The position numbers and the translations under genes are program-made. Positions 11,757 to 24,352 of a DNA stretch of 64,000 nt are shown in pieces. The notes under the pieces were generated by a model. That model had not been told where the DNA came from and did no database searches. It worked only from the letters and a program-made list of their open reading frames with translations. Every line of letters begins with the position of its first letter. The stretch's first letter is position 1. Origin of the DNA: Synechococcus sp. (GTDB taxonomy: Bacteria > Cyanobacteriota > Cyanobacteriia > PCC-6307 > Cyanobiaceae); the NCBI GenBank assembly GCA_047285305.1, contig JBJBDL010000003.1, positions 512,001 through 576,000 of the forward strand, written 5' to 3'.

Positions 11757-12463
11757 CGAACCTGCTGGAGATTCAAGGCCTCAACACCTTTTACAGCGAA
11801 AGTCACATTCTTCGGGATGTTGATCTCAGCGTGAAATCGGGGGAGATGGTTTGTTTGATCGGCCGCAATGGTGTGGGTAAAACCACTCTGTTGAAATCGC
11901 TGATCGGTCTGTTGCGCCCCCGCTCCGGAACCATGGCGTTTGATGGTTCTCACTTGGATCGTCAGGCTCCGCATCAGCGGGCTCGGGCCGGGATTGGTTA
12001 CGTGCCGCAAGGTCGCGAGATCATCCCCCAGCTCACGGTGGAAGAAAACTTGCTTTTGGGGATGGAGGCGTTGCCGGGTGGATTGGCCCGCCATCGCCAC
12101 ATCGATCCATTCGTGTATGAGCTGTTTCCGATCCTTCAGGAGTTTCTACCGCGTAAGGGCGGTGATTTGAGTGGGGGTCAGCAACAACAACTGGCCATCG
12201 CCCGTGCGTTGCTCGGCAAGCCAAAGTTGCTGCTGTTGGATGAGCCCACCGAGGGCATTCAGCCCAACATTGTTCAGGACATTGAAGCGGCTGTTCGGCG
12301 GATCATCGCCGACACCGGGATCGGGGTGTTGCTGGTGGAGCAACATCTCCACTTCGTTCGCCAGGCTGATCGCTATTACGCGATGCAGCGGGGCGGCATT
12401 GTTGCCAGTGGCTCAACCAGTGAACTCAGCCAGACGGTTGTTGATCAGTTCCTGAGCGTGTAG
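11753..12463 (+). CDS. urtE: Urea ABC transporter ATP-binding protein
   Basis: GRNGVGKT, LSGGQQQQL, DEPTEGIQP. Confidence 0.96.
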   Translation: MTNLLEIQGLNTFYSESHILRDVDLSVKSGEMVCLIGRNGVGKTTLLKSLIGLLRPRSGTMAFDGSHLDRQAPHQRARAGIGYVPQGREIIPQLTVEENLLLGMEALPGGLARHRHIDPFVYELFPILQEFLPRKGGDLSGGQQQQLAIARALLGKPKLLLLDEPTEGIQPNIVQDIEAAVRRIIADTGIGVLLVEQHLHFVRQADRYYAMQRGGIVASGSTSELSQTVVDQFLSV

Positions 12464-12496
12464 ATCTTCGCTCGTGATGGCTTCTTCTGGGTCACT

Positions 12497-12766
12497 TCAG
12501 CTGGCCCAGATTGATTCTGTTGCAGGCTCTTCATTCATGGCGTAATCGCTCACGTCGGCACGCACGTGCAGCATCTGCCCTGTCATCGACATTTTCCAGA
12601 TTTCCAGGCGCGCATCCTCGGGGGCTTCGAACCAAAAGACCTCTGTGGGCATCACCACCTTCTCTCGGTAGAAGTGGTCAGCACCAATGCATTTCACGAT
12701 CACCATTCGGCTGGTGTCGTTTTTGTAAACACACTCAATCATCTTGAGCATCTTGAATGCTGCCAA
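12497..12766 (-). CDS. DUF1830 family protein (start may be one of the downstream Met codons)
   Basis: CVYKNDTSRMVIVKC...EKVVMP...FEAPEDARLEI. Confidence 0.75.
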   Translation of the reverse strand: MAAFKMLKMIECVYKNDTSRMVIVKCIGADHFYREKVVMPTEVFWFEAPEDARLEIWKMSMTGQMLHVRADVSDYAMNEEPATESIWAS

Positions 12767-13017
12767 TTTCGTGGTCTTAAGACAAGAGGAGTGTTTGATT
12801 GGTCACCGAATCAGCACGCCTTTAGATTTGATACAGATGAGTTGATACAGAGTTGGTCGATTGTGTATCGACCGTCACGATTTTTCTTTGGGCCTTGAGG
12901 GTGCAGGCGTCGATTAGCGTTTTGACGGTCGCGCATTGTGGCTCTTTCGTTTCAGCTGAAACAATTCTTTTTCGCCGCTTTTTGCATAATTGCTCTGTCG
13001 ATCATGGGGATTGCGGA

Positions 13018-13200
13018 ATGGAAAAAGCGATCGGTTTGAGTGTCTCTCAGCAATTCGATGTTGAGCGGATGAATCGCGCGATCGAATCAACAATTGACCC
13101 ACAGCGGCTGCAGGTGTTGGCCAAGCAATTGCTTCAGGCGTGGCATTCCCAGCGCGCTGCAACAGTTTGGATCACGCGACAGCGGGAGCAGCTGGGCTGA
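13018..13200 (+). CDS. nblA: NblA-like phycobilisome degradation adaptor (60 aa)
   Basis: MEKAIGLSVSQQFDVERMNRAIE...LAKQLLQAWHSQRAATVWITRQ; LSxxQQF start and two-helix pattern as in NblA. Confidence 0.6.
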   Translation: MEKAIGLSVSQQFDVERMNRAIESTIDPQRLQVLAKQLLQAWHSQRAATVWITRQREQLG

Positions 13201-13217
13201 GGCTCAATGCGTTGGCT

Positions 13218-14468
13218 TCAAGCAGCGAGCTCAGAGGTGATGCGTTGCGGATTGTGATTCGGGCGTTTCAGGGATGTGCGATCTGCCTGTCCTGCTGCGG
13301 CCAGATCAGCTTGAAGGGCTGAATTGCAACTGCGCAGTCGCGACCAGCTCGGCAGCTGATGGGCAATCGGCGCTTGCATCAGTTTGGCCAGGCCGGGGCG
13401 CAGCAGGCCGGCGAAGTTTTGAACCGCCAGTTCTTCCCCATGGCGGTCGTAAGGCAACCGATTGATGGCTGAATCAAGGCCGAACTGCCGCACGCGATCC
13501 TCGCCAACCCTTCGGTACAGCACTTCAAGGGTCGGCAGTTGATCCATCGACATCACGCAACCTTCGTGTTCCATCAGGCCGCGCAACACCGTGCCGAAAA
13601 TTTCGCCTGCCATGCGCTGCAGTCCTTCGCTGGGTTGCTGACCCAGCTCTTTGTGTTTGTGGTCGAACAACCCCAGATCGACTTGAGCAATTCGGCTGGA
13701 GGCCACATGGCGATACACCTCAGACAGCAGGCCCACCTCCAGCCCCCAGTCCGACGGGATGCGCAGATTCATCGCCAAATCGGCGGTAAAGGCGAATTCA
13801 CCAGCCAGGGGATAGCGAAATGACTGCAGGTAAGACAGGTAGGGCAGAGGCCCGAAAATCTGCTCCAGGCTGGCTAGCAGTGGGCCTACAAAAAGACGGG
13901 TGGCTCGGCCTTGAAGCGCTTGGGTTTCGAGGGAAAGGCGGCTGTAGAACGCCTTCACGTAGGCAATGCCGTGGGATCGATCCAGCAGGGGGCGGAGCAT
14001 GCGCTCTGGATACGCCGATCCAAAGGTTCTGATGTCGGCATCGAACAGGCCAACCACCTCAGCGTTCTGGCACGCCACTCCGAGCCCCTGCCAGACCGCC
14101 CAGCCCTTGCCCGGTGGTCCGGTCACGTCGAGCCCCAGTTCGCCGACGGATTCGAGCAACTCCCGGACGGCGGGGCCGTTGGTCCAGTGCACCCGAACGG
14201 GGAAGGGCATCCCTTCAAAAAATTTTTCTGCCGCTTTGACGTCCTCGGCGCTCGTGGCCGCCAACGCCACCACCAGCTCGTTGAGTCCCTTCAGGCCTGA
14301 GAGTGTGTCACGAATCAAGCCGAGGGCCGGGCGGCTGAATTCCTCCATCAGGCAGGGGATCAGCAGGGTTGTGGGTCGCTGACTCAGCTCCTGGTTGAAG
14401 GCAACCGCATCGAGATTGCCCAAGCTGTAGTCATGGACGGTGCTGATCAGGCCCTGCTGAAAATCCAT
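13218..14468 (-). CDS. gpgS: Glucosyl-3-phosphoglycerate synthase
   Basis: MDFQQGLISTVH, GKGWAVW, DADI, YPLAGEFA, DWGLEVG; start at ATG 14468. Confidence 0.88.
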   Translation of the reverse strand: MDFQQGLISTVHDYSLGNLDAVAFNQELSQRPTTLLIPCLMEEFSRPALGLIRDTLSGLKGLNELVVALAATSAEDVKAAEKFFEGMPFPVRVHWTNGPAVRELLESVGELGLDVTGPPGKGWAVWQGLGVACQNAEVVGLFDADIRTFGSAYPERMLRPLLDRSHGIAYVKAFYSRLSLETQALQGRATRLFVGPLLASLEQIFGPLPYLSYLQSFRYPLAGEFAFTADLAMNLRIPSDWGLEVGLLSEVYRHVASSRIAQVDLGLFDHKHKELGQQPSEGLQRMAGEIFGTVLRGLMEHEGCVMSMDQLPTLEVLYRRVGEDRVRQFGLDSAINRLPYDRHGEELAVQNFAGLLRPGLAKLMQAPIAHQLPSWSRLRSCNSALQADLAAAGQADRTSLKRPNHNPQRITSELAA

Positions 14469-14537
14469 GTGGTGTTCGATGCGACAACAGAGGTCAGAGT
14501 CCGGCCCCATACCTGAAAGGCTTGGAGGAGGAAGGTG

Positions 14538-16265
14538 ATGCAGACCCCGCGCGACAAGACGCTGCGGACCCTGCTTCGCGATCTGTACCCGAACGATTCT
14601 TCCGGGGATGGCAAGGAGTTGTCGTCGCAATTGCTGCAGATCTTGAGCCAATCGTCAGGAGATGGCGATATGGCAGAACACATCGATCGCTGGGACGGTG
14701 GCGATGTGGTCTTGATCACCTACGCCGACACCATTGGTGAGGAGGGTGCTCCTGGGCTTCAAGCGCTCAAATTGTTTGTGAATCGCCATCTGCAGCCCTT
14801 CGCAGCGGTGATTCATGTACTGCCGTTTCTGCAATCCACCAGTGATGGTGGTTTTGCGGTGGCTAGCCACACGAAGCTCGAGCAGCGTTTCGGCGATTGG
14901 AGCGACCTCGCTGCCCTGGCACAGGGCCGACGGCTGATGGCGGATCTCGTTCTCAATCACGTGTCGGCTTCTCACCCTTGGGTGCAGCAGTTCATGCGCG
15001 ATGAGCAGCCCGGCCGTTCCTGTGTGCTGGAGGCAGCCCCTGATCCCTGCTGGGCGGATGTTGTTCGTCCGCGCAGTTCCAATCTGTTCACGCAATTGAG
15101 GGGCCCCGTTGGCGCGCGTCAGGTCTGGACCACCTTTGGCCCCGATCAGGTGGATCTCAACTGGCGTAGTGCGGAGGTGCTGCTGGGCTTTGCCCGGCTG
15201 ATGCAGCGCATGGCCCGCCATGGGGTGCGTTGGATCCGTCTGGATGCCGTGGGTTTTGTATGGAAGGAACCCCACACCTCATGCATTCATCTGCCGCATG
15301 CCCATCAACTGGTTCGGGTGCTGCGTCTGCTGCTCGACCAGGTGGGACCCGATGGCGTTGTGGTCACCGAGACCAACGTTCCGGAGCAGGAAAACCTTTC
15401 TTATCTGAGGAGTGGTGATGAAGCGCATCTCGCTTACAACTTTCCCCTGCCGCCCTTGCTGCTGGAGGCCAGCGTCAGTGGTCGAGCCGATCTACTCAAC
15501 GCCTGGCTGAGTCGTTGGCCTGCCTTGCCGCCGCAAACGGGGTTGCTCAATTTCACCGCCTGTCATGACGGCATCGGTTTACGGCCGTTGGAGGGCCTGA
15601 TGCCCCAGAAGCGCTTGCTGCAGCTGTTGATCGGCTGTGAGCAACGGGGTGGATTGGTCAGTCACAGGATGCTGAGTTCCGGCGACGAAGTTCCCTACGA
15701 AATCAACATCAGCTGGTGGAGTGCCATGGCAGATGGGGGGATTGATCCCACGTATCTCCAACGGGAGCGCTTCCTGCTCACCCAACTGTTGATTTTGGCC
15801 TTGCCAGGCGTCCCCGCCTTCTATCTGCCGGCGTTGTTGGCGGCTCCCAATGATCTGACCCGCTTTCGTCGCACGGGCCATCGCCGGGATCTGAATCGGC
15901 CCCAGTTCACGGCCCAGGCCCTGGAGCGCCGCCTGGCGGATCCCGATTCAGATGTCTCAGCGCTGCTTCCGGTGTTGAGGCGGGCTCTGGCCGAACGGGC
16001 TGTTCACTCGGCCTTGCACCCGGATGCCCTGATGACGGTGCTGAGCGCGGACCGGAGCGATTGCGTCATTCTGCGGCGCTCCGGCGGGGGGGAAACGCTG
16101 GTGGCTGTCCACAACATCACGGCAGCCCGCCTCAGCTTTCGCCTCAGTGGCCTGGGTGGTGATCTGAACCAGCCTTGGGCCGATTGTTTGAGCGGTTACG
16201 TGTTCGAACCACATCAGTCGCATTCGCTAGAGCCTTATGCGGTGCATTGGTTGGTACAGCCATGA
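14538..16265 (+). CDS. GH13 sucrose-phosphorylase-like enzyme, probable glucosylglycerate phosphorylase
   Basis: SDGGFAV, DLVLNHVS, RLDAVGF, TETNV, CHDGIG, PYEIN; flanked by gpgS and gpgP. Confidence 0.85.
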   Translation: MQTPRDKTLRTLLRDLYPNDSSGDGKELSSQLLQILSQSSGDGDMAEHIDRWDGGDVVLITYADTIGEEGAPGLQALKLFVNRHLQPFAAVIHVLPFLQSTSDGGFAVASHTKLEQRFGDWSDLAALAQGRRLMADLVLNHVSASHPWVQQFMRDEQPGRSCVLEAAPDPCWADVVRPRSSNLFTQLRGPVGARQVWTTFGPDQVDLNWRSAEVLLGFARLMQRMARHGVRWIRLDAVGFVWKEPHTSCIHLPHAHQLVRVLRLLLDQVGPDGVVVTETNVPEQENLSYLRSGDEAHLAYNFPLPPLLLEASVSGRADLLNAWLSRWPALPPQTGLLNFTACHDGIGLRPLEGLMPQKRLLQLLIGCEQRGGLVSHRMLSSGDEVPYEINISWWSAMADGGIDPTYLQRERFLLTQLLILALPGVPAFYLPALLAAPNDLTRFRRTGHRRDLNRPQFTAQALERRLADPDSDVSALLPVLRRALAERAVHSALHPDALMTVLSADRSDCVILRRSGGGETLVAVHNITAARLSFRLSGLGGDLNQPWADCLSGYVFEPHQSHSLEPYAVHWLVQP

Positions 16266-17053
16266 CCGCGAGTGTTGAGCCGGCGTGGTGGGTGGTGACT
16301 GATCTCGACGGCACGTTGCTAGATCACAGCTACGACTGGTCGCCGGCCAAGGATCTGATCCGTCAGCTGCAACAGCACCGGATTCCGGTGATTCCCTGTA
16401 CCAGCAAAACGGCCGAGGAAGTGCGCTGCTTTCGCGCTGAGGCGGGGCTTCATGACCCGTACATCGTTGAAAACGGCGGCGCTGTACATGGGGAAACCCC
16501 GGAGGGGGAACCCTGGGAGCTGCCGTTGGGTCCGGATTGGACGGCGCTGAAACCTCAGTTGCAGCGTCTTCAGGCCGAGTTGGGTGAGCCCCTGCGTTCG
16601 TTGGATGAACTCAGTGAGGCGGAAGGGCAGCTGTTGTTGGGGCTTGGTGGTGAAGCTTTGCGCCAGGCACAGAGGCGGTGCTGCAGCGTGCCTTTTGTTC
16701 CGCCTTCGGCGGAGGGGCGTGGCCGGCTTGAGGACCTGGTCCAGCGGATGGGCCTGACGGTAGTGCAGGGCAACCGTATGGGTCACCTGCTGGGCCCAGA
16801 CATCAGCAAAGGCAAGGCGTTGGCCACCCTGAAGCGACATCTGGGTGCTGAGCAGGTGAAGGTTTTGGCCTTGGGGGATTCCCCCAACGATCTGCCGTTG
16901 CTCGATGCGGCCGACATCGCCGTCGTGGTGCCCGGTCCCGATGGCCCCCATCCCGCGTTGCGCTTCGGGATCGATGCTGGGCGCTTCCAGCTGGCGGCAG
17001 CTCCCCATGCCAACGGTTGGGACGAGGCTGTGCGCCGGATTCTTCGGATCTAG
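16262..17053 (+). CDS. gpgP: HAD-IIB glucosyl-3-phosphoglycerate phosphatase
   Basis: TDLDGTLLD, CTSKT, ENGG, LGDSPND; ATGA overlap with previous gene. Confidence 0.85.
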   Translation: MTASVEPAWWVVTDLDGTLLDHSYDWSPAKDLIRQLQQHRIPVIPCTSKTAEEVRCFRAEAGLHDPYIVENGGAVHGETPEGEPWELPLGPDWTALKPQLQRLQAELGEPLRSLDELSEAEGQLLLGLGGEALRQAQRRCCSVPFVPPSAEGRGRLEDLVQRMGLTVVQGNRMGHLLGPDISKGKALATLKRHLGAEQVKVLALGDSPNDLPLLDAADIAVVVPGPDGPHPALRFGIDAGRFQLAAAPHANGWDEAVRRILRI

Positions 17054-17072
17054 GCCATCGCTGGCCCCTGGC

Positions 17073-17885
17073 TCAATCCAGCAAGGATTGCCAAAGCTCT
17101 ACTGCAGCAGTGGTTGCCGCCATGGGCTGACCGTTGTGGGATGCAATCGGTCGACAGCTGAGGCTGTTGATCAGAACGGCCTGATCGTCGGCATCAAACG
17201 TGGCCGCTAGCTCGGTTTCCAGGGCGATGCCTCGGGCGAGTGCACGGCCCCGCATCACCCCTGGGAGGCAGCCGCTGCTTAGGGGCGGTGTCAGCCACTG
17301 TCCGCGACGCCGGACCAGCAGATTGGCCGCCGTTCCGCAGCACAGGGCTTCAGCCGTGTTCAAGAGCAGAGCGTCGTCGGCCCCTTGGCCCTGGGCTTCC
17401 CTGCGGGCCTGGATCGATTGCCCGTAAGCAAAGGTCTTGCAACGGCTCAAGCGGCTGGAGGCGTTGCGGCGCTCATGGCGACTGGTGATAGTGGTGACGG
17501 CTGAAAATATTGGTGTGCAGGCCTGGAGCGTGAGCCAAAAGCGGTGGTGCTCTGGGGCCGGCAGTCCGATTCCGCGCTGAGGTGTGCTGCCCCGGCTCCA
17601 GTTGAGGCGCAGGGCTCCATCGGCTTCGCTCAGCTGGCTGCGTTGAATCGCGTCTTTAATCAGAGGCTCCAGCGCTTCTCGCTGCGGTGGCGGGTCCATG
17701 CCCAGCAGAGCTGCACTGTCGCTCCAGCGCTGCAGGTGCTCCTCCAGGAGTTGCGGCGCACCGTTGCGGATCAGCACGGTTTCAAAGAGGCCATCGGCCA
17801 GGAGCAGGGCGCGGTCGTCGAGGGGAAGCTGCAGGTTTGCTGCTGTTCCCCACTGGCCCTCGATCCAGGCGACTGAGGTCGTCAT
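17073..17885 (-). CDS. pabC: Aminotransferase class IV (4-amino-4-deoxychorismate lyase-like)
   Basis: DRALLLADGLFET, CKTFAY, GCLPGVMR; coupled to the pabB-like gene. Confidence 0.8.
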   Translation of the reverse strand: MTTSVAWIEGQWGTAANLQLPLDDRALLLADGLFETVLIRNGAPQLLEEHLQRWSDSAALLGMDPPPQREALEPLIKDAIQRSQLSEADGALRLNWSRGSTPQRGIGLPAPEHHRFWLTLQACTPIFSAVTTITSRHERRNASSRLSRCKTFAYGQSIQARREAQGQGADDALLLNTAEALCCGTAANLLVRRRGQWLTPPLSSGCLPGVMRGRALARGIALETELAATFDADDQAVLINSLSCRPIASHNGQPMAATTAAVELWQSLLD

Positions 17886-19180
17886 GCCAGCGCCTCCAGC
17901 AAGGGCTGCAGTTTCCACATCAACTCCTCTGCTTCGCCAAGGGGATCCGAGTCCGCGACAATTCCGCAGCCGGCATGGGCCCGCAGGGTGTCGCCTTGGC
18001 GCAGTAAGGATCGGATCAAGATGTTGCTGTCGAAGCTGCCATCCCAGTTGATCCGCAGCAGTGATCCGCAGTAAGGCCCTCGGCTGGTGGGCTCGAGCTC
18101 ATGCAGACGTTGGCAGGCCCGCAGTTTCGGTGCCCCGCTGATCGACCCCCCAGGCCAACTGGTTTCCAGAAGATCGACCCAGCTCAATCCGGCCTGAAGC
18201 TGTCCCTCCACGACTGAGGTGAGGTGATGCACGGAGGCATAACTTTCGAGCCCCACCAGTTGGGGAACCTGAATCGAACCCGGCTGGCAGGTACGACCGA
18301 GGTCGTTGCGCAGCAGATCGACGATCATCACATTTTCGGCCCGGTCCTTTTCGCTGCACACGAGCTCCGCGGCGAGGTGTGCATCCTGTTCGGGGTCGCT
18401 ATGGCGCGGCCTGGTGCCTTTGATCGGCCGGGTTTGTACGGCTCCCTCGGCACTCACCTGCAGAAACCGCTCCGGGGACGATGACAGCAACGCCTCGTTC
18501 TGGTCGCTGATGATCAGCCCTGCAAAGGGGGCAGGACAGGCCTGCCTCAGGGTGAGAAACAGCTCTAGGGCACTGCCTCCCTGGGGCCAGGCTGTGCTGC
18601 AACAGGCCGTGAGATTGGCTTGAAAGAGATCGCCTGCTGCGATCAGATCACGGATGCGCTGCACTCGTGCGGCGTACTGCTCGGGTGTGGTGTGGTGACT
18701 CCAGGCCGTCAGGGGGATCGATGGGGGCTCGTCTTTGGGCTGCTCAGCACTGCAGGCCAGCTGTTGGGTGAGGCGTTCCAGAGCAGCCGTGCTGCTGGCT
18801 TCAATCCACAGCCTGCGCTTTTGGAGATCAAAGCGAAGCACCGGATCGTGGCGGGCGATCCAAAGCGTGGCCATGCCATCGCTGGCCCAGGGGTTTCCCG
18901 GTTCCACCCAGGCGGCGGCTTCATAGCTCAGCCAGCCGCACCAATGCCCTGGGGCCAGCCCCCGCAGTGCCTCGAAGGGATTACTGGCTCCTGACTTTCC
19001 AGGGAGGCCACGGCAGCAGATGATCTCCTGGGGCGCCACTGCCAGGGTGGCCCATCGGCCCAGGTTGCTGCCGTCGCCATCCAGCCAGACCAGGCCTTCC
19101 TCGCCATAGGCATGGGCCAGTTGGTGCGCGAGCGCTTGGGGTTCCTGCCAGGGCAGTTCAAGCCGTTGTGGGCGGATCAT
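17882..19180 (-). CDS. pabB: Aminodeoxychorismate synthase component I / anthranilate synthase I family
   Basis: [50 protein letters not shown]. Confidence 0.85.
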   Translation of the reverse strand: MIRPQRLELPWQEPQALAHQLAHAYGEEGLVWLDGDGSNLGRWATLAVAPQEIICCRGLPGKSGASNPFEALRGLAPGHWCGWLSYEAAAWVEPGNPWASDGMATLWIARHDPVLRFDLQKRRLWIEASSTAALERLTQQLACSAEQPKDEPPSIPLTAWSHHTTPEQYAARVQRIRDLIAAGDLFQANLTACCSTAWPQGGSALELFLTLRQACPAPFAGLIISDQNEALLSSSPERFLQVSAEGAVQTRPIKGTRPRHSDPEQDAHLAAELVCSEKDRAENVMIVDLLRNDLGRTCQPGSIQVPQLVGLESYASVHHLTSVVEGQLQAGLSWVDLLETSWPGGSISGAPKLRACQRLHELEPTSRGPYCGSLLRINWDGSFDSNILIRSLLRQGDTLRAHAGCGIVADSDPLGEAEELMWKLQPLLEALA

Positions 19181-19857
19181 GCCGCTGTGGAACTGCAGAG
19201 GTCAGGCCGGCCTGCCTCGTGGAGCGCTGCATCACGGATGCGGCAGCTGTCGCAGACGCCGCAAGGGTGCGTGCCGCCGCTGTAGCAACTCCAGGTTGTT
19301 TCGATCGGAACACCCAGGCGAAGGGCTTCCTCAACGATTTGTACCTTGCTCCACTGCACAAGCGGTGCCCAGAGTTGGGCCCCATGGCCCTCCCGACCAG
19401 CTTTGCTGGCCAGGTCGGCCAGGGTCTGAAAGGCGTTGAGGTAGTCCGGCCGGCAGTCGGGATACCCCGAGTAGTCGACAGCATTCACGCCCAGCACCAA
19501 CCTTTCGGCTCCGCGAGCCTCCGCCAGGCTGAGGCCAACGGAGATGAACACGGTGTTGCGCCCGGGCACATAGGTGGGTGGGATGCGGCCTTCCTCCAAG
19601 CCCTTGGTTGGGATCGAGATACTGGCGTCGGTGAGGGCTGAGCCCCCCCAGCTGGCCAGATTCACGCTGATGCAGTGATGCTCTGCTACGCCAAGCTGCT
19701 CAGCAACGGCAGCGGCGGCGTCCAATTCGCGGCGATGGCGCTGGCCGTAGTCAAAGGACAGGCCGATGACGCGGTCGCCTTGTTCAAGGGCAAGGGCCGC
19801 AGCGGTGGCGGAATCCAAACCTCCGGAGAGAAGCGCGATGGCAGTGCGTTGACTCAT
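19177..19857 (-). CDS. queC: 7-cyano-7-deazaguanine synthase
   Basis: LSGGLDS, YVPGRN, GYPDCR, SCY..CGVCDSC. Confidence 0.97.
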   Translation of the reverse strand: MSQRTAIALLSGGLDSATAAALALEQGDRVIGLSFDYGQRHRRELDAAAAVAEQLGVAEHHCISVNLASWGGSALTDASISIPTKGLEEGRIPPTYVPGRNTVFISVGLSLAEARGAERLVLGVNAVDYSGYPDCRPDYLNAFQTLADLASKAGREGHGAQLWAPLVQWSKVQIVEEALRLGVPIETTWSCYSGGTHPCGVCDSCRIRDAALHEAGRPDLCSSTAA

Positions 19858-20708
19858 CTCAGAACCGTGAGTTCGTGCAGGGCGCAGTAGTCCTGCTCAT
19901 CAAGGTCGGTGCCCTCTGCTTGTTCAAGCAGGGATAGCAAACCGCTCAACCCCTGATCTTGGAGCCCAGCCGTTGTCGCCTCCTCCAGGAACAGGCGCAG
20001 GTCTTTGCGCAGCAGGGCGGTGCTGAAGTTGGGATCGGTGTAGGTGTGATCCAACATCCGTTGCAGCTTCTTGTCGAAGGTGGGGGCGTAGAGCGCTGAC
20101 GGCCGCAGGATGGCCATGAATGTTTCCACAGGAACGCCGGCACGCTGAATCAGTTGCAGAGAGAGGGAGAAGCTGTGGGTAAGGCTGGCGATTAACTGAT
20201 TGAGGGCCAGCTTGGTGGCAGCCCCGCTGCCCACGCGGCCCATGAGCAGGGGCTCTTGGCAGAGGTGGCAGAGGAGTGGTTGTTGTTGTTCAAAGACCTG
20301 TGCTTCACCGCCGGCCATCACCAGCAGTGATCCGTTCAACGCTTGCGGTTTGCTGCCGAGCACCGGGGCCTCCAGATACTGCCCTCCCTGGTCCGCAACC
20401 TGTGTGGCGAGCTTGCGGCTTTCTTCCACTCCCATAGTCCCCATCGGGACCACCGTTGAGCTCTGCAGATCCCCAATCGTGCCGATAACGGATGCTGTTG
20501 CTGCCCCGTCACGCAAAACGGAGATCACGACTCTGTTGTTTTTGGCGGCTCGCCTCAGATCGTCGATCGCTGTTGCACCCTTTTCAACGAGCGAGACGAT
20601 GCGGGAGGGGTCGCGATTCCAGACGTGGACGTTGAGACCCTGCTCCAGCAATCGCGTGGCGATCGCCGTTCCGAGGAGGCCTGTGCCCAGAACGGCCACT
20701 GAGGTCAT
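19854..20708 (-). CDS. NAD(P)-dependent oxidoreductase, 3-hydroxyisobutyrate dehydrogenase family
   Basis: [24 protein letters not shown]. Confidence 0.88.
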   Translation of the reverse strand: MTSVAVLGTGLLGTAIATRLLEQGLNVHVWNRDPSRIVSLVEKGATAIDDLRRAAKNNRVVISVLRDGAATASVIGTIGDLQSSTVVPMGTMGVEESRKLATQVADQGGQYLEAPVLGSKPQALNGSLLVMAGGEAQVFEQQQPLLCHLCQEPLLMGRVGSGAATKLALNQLIASLTHSFSLSLQLIQRAGVPVETFMAILRPSALYAPTFDKKLQRMLDHTYTDPNFSTALLRKDLRLFLEEATTAGLQDQGLSGLLSLLEQAEGTDLDEQDYCALHELTVLR

Positions 20709-20775
20709 GGCTCAGGTGATCAAATTCTGTTCAACCTCAACGTAGTGGAGCAGATCCTGCCCTCAACGGCATCGT

Positions 20776-21393
20776 TCAGCGGATTCCAAGCCATTTGTGG
20801 CTTTGCAGGCTCAGGCGCCATTGGGCGTGTTGACGCACATGATCCACAGCCAACTTTTCTCCAATGTTGCTCTCCCAGCCCGGCTGAAGCAGTCGTTCTG
20901 TGTCGTCCTCGCACTGGGACGCCATGGCTGCAGCGAAGCTGATGTCTTCCGCTCCATGCACCACAACTTTCAGCTCATGGCAGGCTTGCAAAAGCTCTTG
21001 CCGTGGGGGGCGGTGGCGTTTTGGCGAGAGGGTGATCCAGTCGAAGCGTCCGCTCAGCGGATCCACCCCGCTGGTTTCCAGATGCAGCGGGAGACCGCAT
21101 CGCGCATCGAGGACCTGGGTGAGGGGCTGCAGATCGTGATGCAACGGTTCCCCACCGGTGATCACAACGAAGCTGGCCCCGGCTGCAGCAGCCATCTGAG
21201 CGGCATTAGCCAAGGTGTCGATGGGCTGCTCAGGGTGCTCTTGGGACGGCCATGAGTGCTTGGTGTCGCACCAGGGACAGCCCACGGTGCAGCCAGCGAG
21301 CCGAATGAAAAATGCACTGCGTCCGGCATGGTGGCCCTCTCCCTGCAGGGAATGGAATGTTTCCACCACCGGTAGACGCTGGGAGTCAGCCAT
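20776..21393 (-). CDS. queE: 7-carboxy-7-deazaguanine synthase (radical SAM)
   Basis: SLQGEG, CTVGCPWCDT, ITGGEP, LSLQSHK. Confidence 0.95.
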   Translation of the reverse strand: MADSQRLPVVETFHSLQGEGHHAGRSAFFIRLAGCTVGCPWCDTKHSWPSQEHPEQPIDTLANAAQMAAAAGASFVVITGGEPLHHDLQPLTQVLDARCGLPLHLETSGVDPLSGRFDWITLSPKRHRPPRQELLQACHELKVVVHGAEDISFAAAMASQCEDDTERLLQPGWESNIGEKLAVDHVRQHAQWRLSLQSHKWLGIR

Positions 21394-21402
21394 CGACGCG
21401 GT

Positions 21403-23070
<1,668 letters not shown>

Positions 23071-23116
23071 TCAAATTAGCTGGCGTCGGTCATGGGCTCC
23101 AGGGGGAACCTGTGTT

Positions 23117-24250
23117 TTAGGAATCCAGGCCCTGGATGTAGTCCCGGACTTTGCTGCGTCGTTGGGGTTGCCGCAGTTTGAGCAGGGCGCGGGTTTCGAT
23201 CTGACGAACGCGCTCCCTTGAGAGTTTCAGCTCTTCCCCGATCTGGGCAAGGGTCTGGGGCGTGTCGTCCTCCAATCCGAAGCGCCGGCGCAGGACAGCG
23301 GCCTCCCGACTGGTGAGTTCATCCAGGAGATCCTCTAGATCGTTGTGGAGTTCGTCGTGGGTGAGGGTCTGCTCCGGGGTGGCATGGCCGTCCTCGATCA
23401 GATCTCCGAGCTGAGTGTCCTGTTCGCGGCCAACACGGGTGTCCAGAGACACTGAGCGGGGCACCCGGGCCAGGGTCTGGCGCACCGTGTCTTCACTGAT
23501 GCCCAATTCGCGCGCCAGATCCGCGATCGAGGCAATGCGTCCTTCGTTGCTTGCAATCTCCTGCTGGACCCGTTTGATCCGGTTCAGTTTTTCGGTGACG
23601 TGAACGGGCAAACGGATCGTGCGGCTCTGGGTGGCGATGGCCCGGGTGATGCCCTGGCGGATCCACCAGTAGGCGTAGGTGCTGAAGCGGAAACCACGGG
23701 TGGGATCGAACTTTTCCACGGCCCGTTCCAGTCCGAGCGTTCCCTCCTGGACCAGGTCCAGGATTTCCATGCCCCGCTGCTGGTACTTCTTGGCCACCGC
23801 CACCACCAGGCGCAGGTTGGCCTGAATCATGTGGTCTTTGGCTCGCCGCCCGTTGCGGAGGGCTAGCTTCAGATCTTTGGCCTCAAGCTGGGCCTGCTCA
23901 GCCCAGGCCTGATAGCCCAGGTCAATCCGCTGCTGCAACTCGGGCAAGGGCAGTCCTGCCGCGCGGGCCCATTCCTGCTTGGTTGGCCAGTGGCTGTGCT
24001 GGTTGGCTTCCCGGCGTTGCAGTTCTTCGAGACGGTGCAGTTCACCGATGGCGGCATCGCTCCCAGCCAGCTCCCGTTGCTGGAGCAGCAGTGCTTCGCG
24101 GCGCTGCACCAGGCGGGCCAGGGTGACCTCCTCCTCATTGGTGAGGAGGTCGACTCGGCCGATGTCCTGCAGATAAAGCCGCAGCAGATCCGTTGTGCCG
24201 CTGCTGCGGCGCTCACGGGTCCCCCCGGTCCGTCGGGGCTTGCTGGGCAA
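23117..24250 (-). CDS. Group 2 sigma-70 family RNA polymerase sigma factor
   Basis: YLQDIGR, ANLRLVVAVAKKY, DLVQEG, STYAYWWIRQ, SRERVRQIE. Confidence 0.93.
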   Translation of the reverse strand: MPSKPRRTGGTRERRSSGTTDLLRLYLQDIGRVDLLTNEEEVTLARLVQRREALLLQQRELAGSDAAIGELHRLEELQRREANQHSHWPTKQEWARAAGLPLPELQQRIDLGYQAWAEQAQLEAKDLKLALRNGRRAKDHMIQANLRLVVAVAKKYQQRGMEILDLVQEGTLGLERAVEKFDPTRGFRFSTYAYWWIRQGITRAIATQSRTIRLPVHVTEKLNRIKRVQQEIASNEGRIASIADLARELGISEDTVRQTLARVPRSVSLDTRVGREQDTQLGDLIEDGHATPEQTLTHDELHNDLEDLLDELTSREAAVLRRRFGLEDDTPQTLAQIGEELKLSRERVRQIETRALLKLRQPQRRSKVRDYIQGLDS

Positions 24251-24352
24251 AAGCTGGCCTTGTGAAGTCCAACTTCAGGGTTCCTCGCCGTTGGCCGCGG
24301 TGCGACAAATGCGCTGATTCCCTTCGGGATCTGCTTAGCCTAGTGACTGTGG

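Noticed and set aside
19177..21393. queC/queE as a dpd DNA-modification or QatABCD defence locus
   Set aside because: Host-like GC, housekeeping context (pyrG, pabB), no dpdA or qat partners
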